DNA of 63,937 nucleotides, filler included, from Octopus bimaculoides (Eukaryota), in assembly GCF_001194135.2 (NCBI RefSeq). It is 6 parts of 6 records of this genome, joined end to end, with 100 filler letters (N's around TTAATTAATTAA, not from the genome) between each part and the next. Parts side by side here need not be neighbours in the genome. Positions count along the whole stretch, not along the records: positions 62,489 to 63,937 come from NW_026307217.1; 5 more parts are not named here. One strand, given 5' to 3'. A model generated the notes under the pieces. It made no database searches. It was not told the origin of the DNA and worked only from the letters and a program-made list of their open reading frames with translations. A program made the position numbers and the translations under genes. Shown here in pieces: positions 63,683 to 63,937 of this stretch; the first letter of the stretch is position 1; each line of letters starts with the position of its first letter.

Positions 63683-63903
63683 TTACACAACACACCTACA
63701 TGCTCATACACACACTCTCGTACACTCATACATACACACATACACACACGCACGCTCATACATACACACACACACACACTCATATACACACATACGCACA
63801 CACATACACACACATTCATATACACACACATACATACATATATACACACACACACACATACACACACAGAGGCACACAACCATGCTAATACTCTAATTAT
63901 TAC

Positions 63904-63937
<34 letters not shown>

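Overview
This is AT-rich, microsatellite-saturated eukaryotic genomic DNA from a gapped draft assembly. The SINE, RTE and Penelope repeat families look like those of octopus (coleoid cephalopod); that attribution is my inference from recall. One protein-coding gene is well supported: an arylsulfatase B-like gene on the minus strand with seven phase-consistent coding exons (50472 down to 34906; 1221 nt = 406 aa + stop). Its first coding exon, which carries the CxPxR formylglycine motif, is not visible in the window. The rest is mostly transposon debris: RTE, CR1/L2-like and R4/Dong-like LINE fragments, Penelope-like pieces, three tRNA-SINE types, and piggyBac, Tc1 and hAT MITEs. The most notable unannotated structures are a complete type-I hammerhead ribozyme (7767-7855, minus) in one arm of a 313-bp 97%-identical palindrome, a near-intact hammerhead at 55715-55761, and a pair of about 90%-identical inverted retroposon tails bracketing one catalytic exon. 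Almost all ORFs in the supplied track are microsatellite or N-gap artefacts. Repeat boundaries were set by eye and are approximate.
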